64,000 nt of DNA from an uncultured delta proteobacterium. GTDB taxonomy: Bacteria > Desulfobacterota > Desulfobacteria > Desulfobacterales > Desulfatirhabdiaceae. Below, in pieces: positions 21,350-32,235 of this stretch. Position numbers and translations under genes: made by a program. Position 1 is the first letter of the stretch. Every line of letters begins with the position of its first letter. The stretch spans positions 64,001 to 128,000 of the forward strand of contig CAWBKP010000024.1 of assembly GCA_963789395.1 (NCBI GenBank), written 5' to 3'. The notes under the pieces were generated by a model, which ran no database searches, was not told the DNA's origin, and saw only the letters and a list, made by a program, of their open reading frames with translations.

Positions 21350-22600
21350 ATGGCAGACGACCTGAAGAAAATGTATAAAACCATCGTGGACGAGCATTTC
21401 CCGCCGCGCATGGAAATCAGCTTTGTCGATGAAACCGGCCGCCAGACCCTTTTTTTTGAAAAAGTGCTCTGGAATATCAAAGGCGAGCAGAAAGGCCTGC
21501 GATATGGCGAAAATCCGGGACAGGAAGCGGCGCTGTTCAAACTGGTCAACGGCAATCTGATTCTCGGAGAAACCCGGACCATCCGGCCGGGCCAGTATCT
21601 GGCGTCCGACATCGAACTGCTTCAGTCCGGCAAACATCCCGGGAAAACCAATGTTACCGATGCGGACAATGCCCTGAACATCCTGCGGTATTTCATGGAT
21701 ACGCCCACGGCCGTTATCGTCAAGCACAACAACCCCTGCGGCGTTGCCCAGTCCGATGTGCTTGCGGATGCCTATCATAAAGCCATGATCGCGGACCGGG
21801 TGGCGGCCTTCGGCGGCTGCATCGCGGTCAACCGGCCTATTGATAAGGCGACCGCCGAGGCCATCAGCAATCAATATGCTGAAGTCGTTGTGGCGCCCGA
21901 ATTTGAAGACGGCGTCATGGACATTTTTTCGGCCAAAAAGAATCTGCGGGTCGTTCGCATTCTGAACATCGCACGTCTACAGGATTTTGTCGGCCAGCGT
22001 TTTGTGGATTTCAAAAGTCTGATGGACGGCGGCCTTGTCGCCCAGTGGTCTTTTGTTCCCCAGGCCAGGACAAAGGCGGATTTAAAACTGGCTGCCTGCG
22101 ACTACAAGGGCAAATCCTATTCGATTCTTCGCAAACCCACGGACAAAGAGTACCGGGACATGCTCTTCGGGTGGCTGGTCGAAGCCGGTGTGACCTCCAA
22201 TTCGGTGATTTACGTCAAGGACCGGACTACCGTGGGCATCGGAACCGGGGAGCAGGACCGGGTCGGAGTGGCCGAAATCGCACGGGACAAGGCTTACCGT
22301 AAGCTTGCCGACCGGTACTGCTTCGAAACCCTCGGCATCGCCTACAACGATTTGAAGGATCCGGAAAAGAAAGCAGAAATTGACAGCCGTGTTGCATCTG
22401 AAAACGGGGGGCTGAAAGGTTCGGCCATGGTCAGCGATGCATTTTTTCCTTTCCGGGACGGCGTGGATGTCGGTCTTGGCGAAGGCGTTTGCTGCGTCAT
22501 CCAGCCAGGCGGATCTGACAATGACTACCAGTCCATCGAAGCCTGCAATGAAGCCGGCGCCACCATGGTCTACACCGGGCAGAGAAGCTTCAAGCACTGA
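21350..22600 (+). CDS. purH: Stand-alone AICAR transformylase domain of PurH
   Basis: Motifs LRYGENP, VKHNNPCG, AFGG, SDAFFPF and IQPGGS. Has its own AAGGAG RBS and ATG. Confidence 0.85.
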   Translation: MADDLKKMYKTIVDEHFPPRMEISFVDETGRQTLFFEKVLWNIKGEQKGLRYGENPGQEAALFKLVNGNLILGETRTIRPGQYLASDIELLQSGKHPGKTNVTDADNALNILRYFMDTPTAVIVKHNNPCGVAQSDVLADAYHKAMIADRVAAFGGCIAVNRPIDKATAEAISNQYAEVVVAPEFEDGVMDIFSAKKNLRVVRILNIARLQDFVGQRFVDFKSLMDGGLVAQWSFVPQARTKADLKLAACDYKGKSYSILRKPTDKEYRDMLFGWLVEAGVTSNSVIYVKDRTTVGIGTGEQDRVGVAEIARDKAYRKLADRYCFETLGIAYNDLKDPEKKAEIDSRVASENGGLKGSAMVSDAFFPFRDGVDVGLGEGVCCVIQPGGSDNDYQSIEACNEAGATMVYTGQRSFKH

Positions 22601-22772
22601 TGATTCTGGTTTTTCATCAATCCGCTTGAAAACCTGACAAAGGGCACCTCTCCTGATACAGTTGGCTGAGGGGGCCAGCGGAAGTGATTTGACTGGAAAG
22701 AAATCAGGAAAAAACTCAAGCACTTTACTTTATCCGGGCCGGGGAAGCCGGTCTGCTTGAAAAAGCCAAGAA

Positions 22773-25313
22773 ATGCCTAACTCCCCGGTTTCCTATTATT
22801 CCCGGCCGCTGGTTGCCCTTCTTGGGGCTCTGGTAGCCGGAATCCTTATCGGTACGGGCGCCCCGGACCACTGGATATGGGTTTGGCCCGTGGTTCTTGC
22901 CGGAATATCCGGAATCCTCTACGGCATCATCCGGCGTGCCCCGATACGGCTGGCGCCCCTTATCCTCCTTGTCGCCGCAGGTTATGTTTCAATTCAGCCC
23001 TGGGTAACGTCAAGACTTCCCGATCACCATATTTCGCAGTTTATCACCAACGCCTCGTGGAAAATCTCCGGCGTCATGGATTCTCCCGCCTGGGTTGATA
23101 GCCTGCGCCAGAAATTCGATCTGACGGTTGAAACCCTGGAAACCGAACACGGCATTGTTCCGGTTACCGGAAAATTACGGGTAAGCATAGAAGGGGAAAC
23201 CCTGGACCTGAACATCGGGGATCGGATCCGTTTTGCGGGCCGAATAAGCCCGCTGCACAATTTTCAAAACCCCGGCCGATTCGACTACCGGCAGTACATG
23301 GCGTTCAGCGGCATTTACGGATCGGTTTTTGTGCAAAGCAGCGATATCGAACGGACGGCGGCGCATCCGGGCGGGTTTTTTCAGGGCATTTCCCGCATTC
23401 GTAAAACGATTTCCAGAACCCTGGACGATATCGGCCAAGCAGATGAAAGGGAAGTGCTGAAAGCCCTTCTCATCGGGGAGCGCGGCGGTGTTTCAGAACG
23501 GATAACGGAAAATTTCAGCAGAGCCGGAGCCAGTCACCTGCTGGCCATTTCCGGCCTTCATGTTGGGATTGTGGCCGCAGCTTCTTTTTTCAGTTTTCGA
23601 TGGTTACTCAGCTGGTTTCCGTTTTTCCTCTGGCATGCCTGGACGCGAAAAGGCGCTGCCATCCTTTCCGTGATACCGGTAATCGGATATGGCATGGTTT
23701 CCGGCATGTCGCCTTCGACCCAAAGAGCCGTCATTATGGTCATCATCTTTCTGATGACATTTTTAATCCATAAGGAACATGAGCCGCTAAATACCGTGGC
23801 GACAGCTGCGATTCTGATTCTGATCTTTCACCCGCCGGCCCTTTTCGCGATTTCTTTTCAGCTCTCATTCACATCGGTTTTTGCCATTCTTTATATTCTG
23901 CCCAGATTCCGGCAACCGGATGGTGATATTTCAGATATCCGCAATCGCATAAAAAATTACGTTTACTCTTCCCTGGGAGTCACCCTGGCCGCCACCCTGG
24001 GCGTTCTGCCGCTGGTGATGGTGTATTTTAACCAGATCTCCCTGATCAGTCCGGCTGCCAATCTGGTTCTGATTCCACTCGTTGGGTTCGGAGTGGTTCC
24101 CTTTGGACTGGTATTCGCCGGCATATCGCTGGTTGCTCCGGTTGTTTCTTTGTGGGGACTGAATCTGTGTGCCGCCATCCTGAAAATCGCCTTGCGCCTT
24201 GCTGATTTATTTGCGACACTTCCGTTTGCCGCCGTAAAGACCATTACGCCTTCCGTGCTGGAATTAATCTGCGTGTATACGCTATTGCTCTCGTTGATTG
24301 CCCTGAAAAGCAAACCGGTTTCAGATTCCCAAATGCCGGGACTTATTTCAGTGAGAAACCGGACAGGCTTGCCGGCAGGCGTAAAACACATGCTGTGGAT
24401 GCTTTCCGTCACATCGGCAATTCTGCTGGGTCTGGATACGCTCTACTGGGGATATCAGCGGTTTTTGCGCCCCGATTTCAGGGTGACGGTCCTGGATGTG
24501 GGTCAGGGTACGGCCAGCCTTCTGGAATTTCCCAGAGGCCCCGTCATGCTGATCGACGCCGGCGGTTTTTCGAATGTTTCCGCTTTTGATATGGGGAAAA
24601 TGGTGGTTGCGCCGATGCTGTGGCGAAAGAAAATCAGGTCCGTTGACGTCCTGGTACTGTCCCATGCCAACAGCGATCATGTTAACGGCATGGCCTACAT
24701 CGCTGAAAATTTTCATGTGAAAACCCTCTGGGCCAACACTGAGCCGGAAGACAGCGCGGGGTACCTGCGGTTTATGCAGGTTCTTGAGGCGCTGAGGCTG
24801 TTTCCCGAAGATTTTAAAACATTTCCCCGGCATCATGAAATCAATGGCGTGTCCCTGGACATTGTCAACCCGCCGCCGGATTTTATGGAAAAGCGGCAGA
24901 TGGAGGCCTGGCGGGATATCAACAACAATTCCCTTGCGGTGCATGCCCGTTTTGGAACGATCACACTGCTGTTTCCCGGAGATATCAAATCCGCAGCTGA
25001 AAAAGAAATGGTTGCCGGCTACGGAGACCGACTCCAGAGCCGGATCCTGATCGCACCGCACCACGGCAGCAAGTCCTCAAATTCCGAAGTATTTGTTGAA
25101 GCAGTCAAGCCGGAGATTGTTATTTTTACAACCGGCCGGAATAATCGCTTTAATTTTCCGCATCCATCAGTTATAAAGCGTTATCAGGATATGGGCGCGA
25201 CACTGATGAATACGGCATTCAGCGGGGCGGTAAGTATCTCTACGGATGGAAATGCGCTGACAATCACCCCGTTTACCTCTAAAATTGCGGAGAATCACGA
25301 TGGTAACATTTGA
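22773..25313 (+). CDS. comEC: DNA internalization competence protein ComEC/Rec2
   Basis: NPGRFDY, HLLAISGLHVG and SFQLSF, followed by an MBL domain (DVGQG, SHANSDH, PHHGS). Confidence 0.95.
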   Translation: MPNSPVSYYSRPLVALLGALVAGILIGTGAPDHWIWVWPVVLAGISGILYGIIRRAPIRLAPLILLVAAGYVSIQPWVTSRLPDHHISQFITNASWKISGVMDSPAWVDSLRQKFDLTVETLETEHGIVPVTGKLRVSIEGETLDLNIGDRIRFAGRISPLHNFQNPGRFDYRQYMAFSGIYGSVFVQSSDIERTAAHPGGFFQGISRIRKTISRTLDDIGQADEREVLKALLIGERGGVSERITENFSRAGASHLLAISGLHVGIVAAASFFSFRWLLSWFPFFLWHAWTRKGAAILSVIPVIGYGMVSGMSPSTQRAVIMVIIFLMTFLIHKEHEPLNTVATAAILILIFHPPALFAISFQLSFTSVFAILYILPRFRQPDGDISDIRNRIKNYVYSSLGVTLAATLGVLPLVMVYFNQISLISPAANLVLIPLVGFGVVPFGLVFAGISLVAPVVSLWGLNLCAAILKIALRLADLFATLPFAAVKTITPSVLELICVYTLLLSLIALKSKPVSDSQMPGLISVRNRTGLPAGVKHMLWMLSVTSAILLGLDTLYWGYQRFLRPDFRVTVLDVGQGTASLLEFPRGPVMLIDAGGFSNVSAFDMGKMVVAPMLWRKKIRSVDVLVLSHANSDHVNGMAYIAENFHVKTLWANTEPEDSAGYLRFMQVLEALRLFPEDFKTFPRHHEINGVSLDIVNPPPDFMEKRQMEAWRDINNNSLAVHARFGTITLLFPGDIKSAAEKEMVAGYGDRLQSRILIAPHHGSKSSNSEVFVEAVKPEIVIFTTGRNNRFNFPHPSVIKRYQDMGATLMNTAFSGAVSISTDGNALTITPFTSKIAENHDGNI

Positions 25314-26611
25314 ATCCCTTGCAGAACAAAAAAGACAAGATCGCGGTTGTGGGTCTGGGATATGTGGGCTTGCCGCTGGCCGTTCATCTGTCCCGGCATT
25401 TTGAAGTTGTCGGGTACGATTTGAAGGCGGAGCGGATCCGCGAACTGAAAGACGGCAAGGACAGAACCCTTGAAATTTCCGAAAGCGATCTTGCCGAGGC
25501 CCGTATTGATTTTACCTCGGATTCATCGGCGCTTGGCCGGTGCCGGCTGATTATCGTTGCGGTTCCAACACCCATCGATGACTACCGCATTCCGGATTTG
25601 AACCCGCTCCGGGGCGCATCCGCTGCCGTCGGCAAAGTCATGAAACAGGGCACCTGCGTTGTCTTTGAATCCACGGTTTACCCGGGCGCCACCGAGGAAG
25701 TCTGCGTGCCGATCATGGAAAAAGAGTCCGGAATGAAGCTGGGAGTTGATTTTACAGCCGGGTATTCGCCGGAGCGGATCAATCCCGGAGACAAGGAGCA
25801 TACCATTGATCGAATCGTCAAGGTGGTCTCCGGATCGGACCCGGCAACCACGACGCTGCTCAGCAAAGTTTACGGGGAGGTTGTTTCCGTGGGCGTTCAT
25901 CCGGTTTCCTCCATCAAGGTGGCAGAGGCCGCAAAAGTGATCGAGAACACCCAGCGGGACCTGAACATCGCCCTGATGAACGAACTGGCCATGATATTCG
26001 ACAAGATGGGTATCGATACCACCGAGGTGCTGAAGGCTGCCGGAACCAAGTGGAATTTTCTGCCCTTCAGGCCGGGTCTTGTCGGCGGCCACTGTATCGG
26101 CGTAGATCCGTATTACCTGACATTCAAGGCAGAATCCCTGGGGTATCATCCGGAAATGATTCTGGCCGGAAGACGCATCAACGACAACATGGCCAAATTC
26201 ATCGCCGAGCGCACCGTGAAGATCCTGATCAACTCCAGCAAACAGGTGCGTGATTCCCGCGTGGCGGTTATGGGGCTCACCTTCAAGGAAAACGTGCCGG
26301 ACCTCAGAAACACGAAGGTCGTGGACATCATTTCCGAATTGAAAACCTATGGCATGAATGTCGTGGTTCACGATCCGATTGCGGACCCGGATGAAGCCAT
26401 GGCCTATTATGGCATCGCGCTTCAGCCCCTGGAAGCCCTGGGCCGGGTGGATGCGGTCATCGTGGCCGTGATTCACGATGCATACAAATCCATGGGGCTT
26501 TCCCGGATGGCCCGGCTTTGCTACGACGGATGTCCGATTGTCATTGACATCAAGAGTGCTTTCGATCCGGAAGTCGCCGGCCGAGATGAAATTCGTTACT
26601 GGAGACTGTAA
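25300..26611 (+). CDS. Nucleotide-sugar dehydrogenase (UDP-GalNAc/GlcNAc 6-dehydrogenase, TviB/WbpO-like)
   Basis: GLGYVGLP, ESTVYPG, SPERINPGD, GGHCIGVDPYYL and FKENVPDLRN. Likely start is MVTFES at 25300 with a 1-nt indel near 25317; the ORF track uses TTG 25310. Confidence 0.9.
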
Positions 26612-26675
26612 GAAGACTTCGGATTGTTGCCTGAACTGACTTTTGGTTCAAGCACGTTGTGAGTTTGTAAGATAA

Positions 26676-27955
26676 TTACTGGGTTTTGTCGATCATGATG
26701 CCCAGCATCGTGTCATCGACCTTGGCCATGCCCAGTTTGCTGATGGCCGTCAGATTCCAGATTGTTTCCTCAGCCGTTCTGCCGACAAACCCTTCGGTCT
26801 GCGTGATGCCATGGTCGTTCATGGCCATGTAGGCGGCGCGGATCGCCGAATCCGTGGAGCTGGCCACTTTCAGGGCGCAGCCGCCCTTGGCGCCGTCGCA
26901 GAGCATTCCCCCCAGGTCGCTGATCAGGTTGTTGACGGCCAGCGTAATTTTCTTATGTCTTTGCCGTGCTGCTGGTACACGATGGCCACGGCAGCGCCGA
27001 CCCCTGCCGCAATCGCGCATCCGCAAAGCGGAGACAGATCCCCGGTAAAACACTTGATATAGCTGTTGATCAAGTGGGACAGGGCGATACTTCTGACAAT
27101 TCTGTCATCTGCGATATGAAAAAATTCGCCGACCTTGTAAGGCACCAGAATCGCCACAATTCCCTGGTTTCCGCTGCCGCCGCTGGACATCACCGGAAAG
27201 CTCAAGCCCGCCATTCGGGCGTCCGCGGCTGAAGCGGTCAGGATTTTGATGGCGGCAAACACGTCTTCCGGAAGAAATCCTTTTTTCATCAGATCGGAAA
27301 TGTAATACCCCACCTTCTGCAGTTTCTGCCCGGCTTCGGCGATTTCCAGGTTCATATCGATGCCGCGCTGAATCTCCCGGCAGTCCGTATCGTCCATGTG
27401 TTCGGCCAGATCCACGAACTCGGCGATGGTCATCCGCTTCAATGTCTTTTTATAGGACTGGCCGCCGGTGCTGCTTCCGGTGTGTTCTCTGGAAAAAATG
27501 GCTTCATTGTTTTTTTCCAGAAGCACAAGATTCGTATGCGAGCCTTCCATGACCGCCCGGGCCGAGTCCTGATCGGTTCTGACGGTGACATCGATATACA
27601 GGTCTTTTCTGAAGGGGTCATAGCCGATGTTGGCTTTTTTCTCCTTTATCAGGGCTTTGGCCTGTGCCAGCGTATCCGTGCCGATCCCTTTTAAAATCTC
27701 CATTTTCAGCTCCGGTTTCCGAATCAATGCACCCAGGACGCCGGCGATCAGATTGCCTTTTTCGCCGCCCGTATTGGGAACGGTGACGGCAAAACCATTC
27801 TTGAAGACCCCGGGATCCACGATGATGCGGATTTCCAGTATCGAGCCTTCAGTCTGCTGGCCGGCAATACTAGCGGCATACGCCACGGCAATCGGCTCCG
27901 TGCAGCCCAGGGCCGGGAAAACTTCGTGTTTCAGAACTTCCTTTAAAATGTTCAA
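26676..27955 (-). CDS. L-cysteine desulfidase / Fe-S serine dehydratase alpha-like protein (CyuA/YhaM, UPF0597), frameshift near 26950
   Basis: PALGCTEP, DARMAG, SGGSGNQG and LSPLCGC in one frame; GMLCDGAKGGCALK in the other. Confidence 0.85.
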
Positions 27956-27995
27956 GATTCTTATCCTTTCAGAGAGAAGACACTGCACCAGGCCG

Positions 27996-29064
27996 TTATT
28001 GCTTTGCACGTGCATATTGATCGGGCCAGGGAATGTCTTCGCCAAGACACTGTGCGGCATGAAGCGGCCAGTAGGGGTCCCGCAGCATCTGCCTTCCCAG
28101 AAATATCGCATCTGCATCGCCGCATACCAGCGTCTGCTCAGCCTGCCGGGGATCGGTGATCAGTCCCACGGCCGCCGTAGGCAATTTGGTCTCCTGGCGA
28201 ATGGCCGCAGCAAAGGGCACCTGAAATCCCGGACCGACTGGAATTTTTGCGTCCACGACAAGGCCTCCGCTGGAACAATCGATCAAATCGATTCCGATAT
28301 CCTGCAACAGCCTGCATAACCTGACGGACTGATCAAGATCCCACCCGCCTTCAACCCAGTCCGTTGCCGAGATGCGGACAAAGACCGGAAGATTTGCCGG
28401 CCAGGCATCGCGGACGGCTCTTGGCGACCTGCAGCGGGAATCTGGCGCGGCCCGCAAAGTCGTCGCCGAATTCATCCGTGCGGCGGTTGGACAGCGGCGA
28501 CAGAAATGAGTGCAGCAGATAACCGTGAGCCATGTGGATTTCGATGACTTTAAAGCCTGCTGTCAGAGCGCGCTTTGCGGCTTCGGCAAAGCGTTCCACC
28601 AGCCCGCCGATTTCAGCAGGGGAAAGTTCCCGCGGAACACAGTGATTCGGGGCAAAGGCAATGGGGCTCGGCGCCAGCGGCTGCCATCCGCCGTCTCCGG
28701 GCATTAAGGGGTTTCCGCTATGCCATGGCCTGAGCGTGGATGCCTTGCGGCCGGCATGTGCGATCTGAAGTCCGGGAACCGCACCCTGGGCGCTGATAAA
28801 AGCGGCAATGCGCTGAAAAGCCGCTGCCTGGTCATCCGTCCAGATGCCGGTGTCATTGGGTGAAATCCGGCCTTCCGGGGCAACGGCCGTTGCTTCGGCC
28901 ATTACCAGTCCCGCGCCGCCCACGGCCCGGCTGCCGAGATGCACCAGATGCCAGTCCGTAGGCATGCCATCGATGCAGGAATACTGACACATCGGGGATA
29001 CAAATATCCGGTTTTTAAACGCCACTTCGCGAAGACGAAGTGGTGAAAACAGCAAAGTCGCCAT
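27996..29064 (-). CDS. NADH:flavin oxidoreductase (Old Yellow Enzyme, YqjM/NamA-like), frameshift near 28420
   Basis: Motifs SPMCQYS, QIAHAGRKAS, HMAHGYLLHSFLSP and LRDPYWP. Confidence 0.9.
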
Positions 29065-29195
29065 CGATAATTTCTCCTTAACCTGTCGTATTACGCTGAG
29101 TTATCGGCCATCAGGATCGTATTCATCACTTCTCAGGTGATAATCGCGATCGCGCTGAACAGTCACATGTCCGGATTGGGGTTTTCAGTCGCCGG

Positions 29196-29828
29196 CTATT
29201 TGGTGCCGGCTGCTTTTTTAAGCCGGGAGTAAAGCAGTCTTCCTGTCATGGCCAGGCATTCCGGATCCAGATAATTTTCAGCCCGCCGCTCAAAGAGCAG
29301 GGAACATGTCGCAGGCCATAAGTTCTCTTGATCATTGTCGATGTCATTAAACAGCAGGATGACCGGGAATCCGGGGAAGTGCATCAAATTGCACGGACAG
29401 GTCATAAGCGGCCTGGATCGCGGGCCGAGATCCGCCCAATTTATTGCATGAAGCCTGCAATTCCCCGTTTCCCTGAAAAATGGTCTGCGATGGCCCGTTC
29501 GACCTCGTTTGCAAAATAAACTGTCAACGGACCCGAATCCTTAAGATCTTTAAAAGATACCCATTCCGTTGCTTCCGGACGCCGTCTCCGGGCAAAGCAG
29601 AAGATATTTGCACAGAATAACCCGGACATCAAAACCAGGCTCAGTTCCTGACGGGTCCGTGATGCCTTCCTGAGAAACCCGGTAATGCCTGTCAAAGAGC
29701 GGGACGAACACATCCTTTCCCTGCACCCTCACGCCCAGCAAATGCTCCAAACCTGCCAGGTAGCTTCCGCCGAACTGGGCCAGGTAATTCCGATACGTTG
29801 TTTCAAAAACGCTTGCAGCCGATTTCAT
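29196..29828 (-). CDS. DUF3786-like protein (two apparent frameshifts)
   Basis: Fragments ILCKYLL, WVSFKDLKDSGPL..YF, LFNDID and LLFERRAENYLDPECLA fall in three successive frames. Confidence 0.7.
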
Positions 29829-30162
29829 GATGGATAATCAATTCACTTTTGGAACGATTGTTTTTTGTGATCCGTCAAAATGCTTTTAAGGATAATTGGA
29901 GTTTTGCCATCGGTCAATAAAAGTATGCATCTTTTTTCAATCAAACTGCTACAGATTTGTCTGTTGGGGAATGTCCAGGGCATCAGAAAGATCCGTCTCG
30001 TTCTTTAGATGTCACTGAAAGGCAGGTGAAGCCGGAAGGTCTGTTTTTCGAAAATTAGGGATTTAATGGCGGACGCCTGATCTGGGGAATTGCCTGAATG
30101 CGGGGAAGCTGGTATAAAGTGATCCTGTTTTTGTTTTGCAACCCGATATCACAGGTGCTCTC

Positions 30163-30417
30163 TTGCATAAACGACAGCTGACGATTCGTTACGTTATTTT
30201 TTACATTCTGTTTTTACCCGACTCCTGGCAAGTTCTGGCAGGAGCCATTGCCGCCTATTTTCTGGCCCCCCATATCGAATTGCCGACCACGGGATTCGGT
30301 GCCGGCGTCATGGTCTATATCATGATCGCAGTCATCGGGTATGCCGCCACCCGTGTTCCGGCCCAATGGGTCACGCGGAAATTGGTAAAGTGGATGCTGG
30401 GCGATAAACGGTCCTGA
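30163..30417 (+). CDS. Small hypothetical membrane protein
   Basis: About 84 aa with two hydrophobic segments. Start codon uncertain. Confidence 0.6.
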   Translation: MHKRQLTIRYVIFYILFLPDSWQVLAGAIAAYFLAPHIELPTTGFGAGVMVYIMIAVIGYAATRVPAQWVTRKLVKWMLGDKRS

Positions 30418-30487
30418 CCCGTCCACGGATATTGCTACCGGAACAAGCAATGCACCGCCTTTGCATCAGGCGGTGCGTGAAATCATC

Positions 30488-31816
30488 TTAATATTCCTGC
30501 ATGTATCCGTAGCCGTGTTCTCCGTGGATGGACCTGTCGAGTCCGGCCAGTTCCGATTCCGGAGCAATGCGGAAGCCGACGGTGTTTTCCACAAGCCAGC
30601 AGATTGCCAGGGTCCCGAGCACAGCAAACAGGATGGTAACGCCGATGCCCATCAACTGGATCCCAAGCTGATCCCAGATTGTCCAGGCTTTTCCGGCAGC
30701 CGCTGCTGCACCCTGCATCCAGCTGTCCCGGATGAAAAAAGAGAGCAGGATAACTCCCAGGCCGCTTCCAACACCGTGTATGCCGAAACAGTCCAGGCTG
30801 TCGTCGTAGCCGATTTTGGATTTTGCAACCAGCGCATAAAAGCAGACAATGGCGGAGAGCGCGCCCAGTACAAAGGCGCCGAAGGGCAGGACAACCCCTG
30901 CAGCCGGCGTGATGGCGACCAGGCCGGCCAGAATACCGGATGCAAACCCTAAAGCTGTGGCCTTTCGAAATTTGATGGCCTCGATGATGAGCCAGGTAAG
31001 TGCGCCGCTGGCGGCGGAAATCTGGGTCATGGTCAGGGCTCTGGCCGTATCCAGGCCGCTGTGGACCGTGGAGCCGGCATTGAACCCGAACCAGCCGACC
31101 CACAACAGGCCAGCGCCGGTCAGCGTCATGACCAGATTGTTAGGGGCCACGGGGTTTTTGGGATAGCCTTGACGGGGGCCCAGAAAAATGGCGACCATCA
31201 GTGCGCTGAATCCGGCGGAAACATGAATCACCAGGCCGCCCGCCAGGTCAATGACGCCGCCTGCGCCGGCATTGAAAAGCCAACCGTCCGATGCCCAGAC
31301 CCAGTGACACAGCGGGCAGTAAATAATCAGCATCCACAGAACGATGAATGCGATATAGCCTCGAAAATACACCCGTTCCGCCAGGGCTCCGCTGATCAGC
31401 GCCGGAGCAATGATCGCGAATTTGCCCTGGAACATGGCCAGCACGTATTCGGGCACGCCTTTTACAATTGTGTCATCTATTCCCCGGAGAAAAAAATAGT
31501 CGCTGTTCCATCCTGCAAAACCGCCCAGAATACTGGAGCCGAATGCGATGCTGTAACCGCAGACAACCCAGATGACGCCAATGACGGCCATGGCAACAAA
31601 ACTGTGCATCATGGTGCTGAGTACGTTCTTGGTCCGCACCAGCCCGCCGTAGAACATGGCCAGACCCGGAACCATCAGCAGCACCAGGGCGGTTGAGGTC
31701 AGCATCCATGCCGTTGTACCGGAATCAACCGGTGCGGCTTCGGCTGCGTGGATCAATTGAGGAAACGCTTCGACACTGCCGGATACGATAGCGGTCAGCC
31801 AGATCTTGTTTTTCAT
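30488..31816 (-). CDS. amtB: Ammonium transporter (Amt family)
   Basis: Motifs PGLAMFYGG, FQGKFA, HWVW, DLAGGLVIH, GWFGFNAGS and DDSLDCFGIHG (both pore His present). Confidence 0.95.
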   Translation of the reverse strand: MKNKIWLTAIVSGSVEAFPQLIHAAEAAPVDSGTTAWMLTSTALVLLMVPGLAMFYGGLVRTKNVLSTMMHSFVAMAVIGVIWVVCGYSIAFGSSILGGFAGWNSDYFFLRGIDDTIVKGVPEYVLAMFQGKFAIIAPALISGALAERVYFRGYIAFIVLWMLIIYCPLCHWVWASDGWLFNAGAGGVIDLAGGLVIHVSAGFSALMVAIFLGPRQGYPKNPVAPNNLVMTLTGAGLLWVGWFGFNAGSTVHSGLDTARALTMTQISAASGALTWLIIEAIKFRKATALGFASGILAGLVAITPAAGVVLPFGAFVLGALSAIVCFYALVAKSKIGYDDSLDCFGIHGVGSGLGVILLSFFIRDSWMQGAAAAAGKAWTIWDQLGIQLMGIGVTILFAVLGTLAICWLVENTVGFRIAPESELAGLDRSIHGEHGYGYMQEY

Positions 31817-31878
31817 TCATTTCTCCCGAACTGTTAGTTTGTTTTCAAACCGGTTTAATAGTAATCAGAATGATGTAT

Positions 31879-31894
31879 TGCAATTGAAATGCCA
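31879..31894 (-). promoter_or_regulatory. Sigma54 (-24/-12) promoter of amt
   Basis: Minus strand reads TGGCATTTCAATTGCA, exact GG-N10-GC spacing, ~60 nt upstream of the amt ATG. Confidence 0.8.
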
Positions 31895-31981
31895 CATATA
31901 TTCGGAAACGCATATGACAACATTATCTAATAATATCAAATTTATAAATATATCAACTGAAAGCTGCGACAGAGAAAGGAA

Positions 31982-32015
31982 AGCCAGTAAATTACGTATA
32001 TGTAATTTACTGGCT
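31982..32015. promoter_or_regulatory. 14-bp perfect inverted repeat, candidate activator (enhancer) site
   Basis: AGCCAGTAAATTAC-gtatat-GTAATTTACTGGCT, ~90-120 bp upstream of the sigma54 promoter. Confidence 0.55.
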
Positions 32016-32235
32016 GAAAATAAATCATTATTGTCATATTTTGACTGGAAGACATTGGCAATATAATTCTTAATAAAATACAATTATGTAATGATATAAT
32101 CCATAAATATACATTATTGTCATAAAAGCTCTTATATGGGATTCGCAGACGTGGTGATCTTCTTTCTTGATTATGTTTATCTGCAATGATACGAAAACAG
32201 GGTTATTGATGACAGGCAAAATGAAGGAGTCGTGA

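Noticed and set aside
29940..30130. Riboswitch in the intergenic region near the DUF3786-like gene
   Set aside because: I could not match cobalamin, glycine, SAM or c-di-GMP consensus elements by eye on either strand. An Rfam cmscan would settle it.
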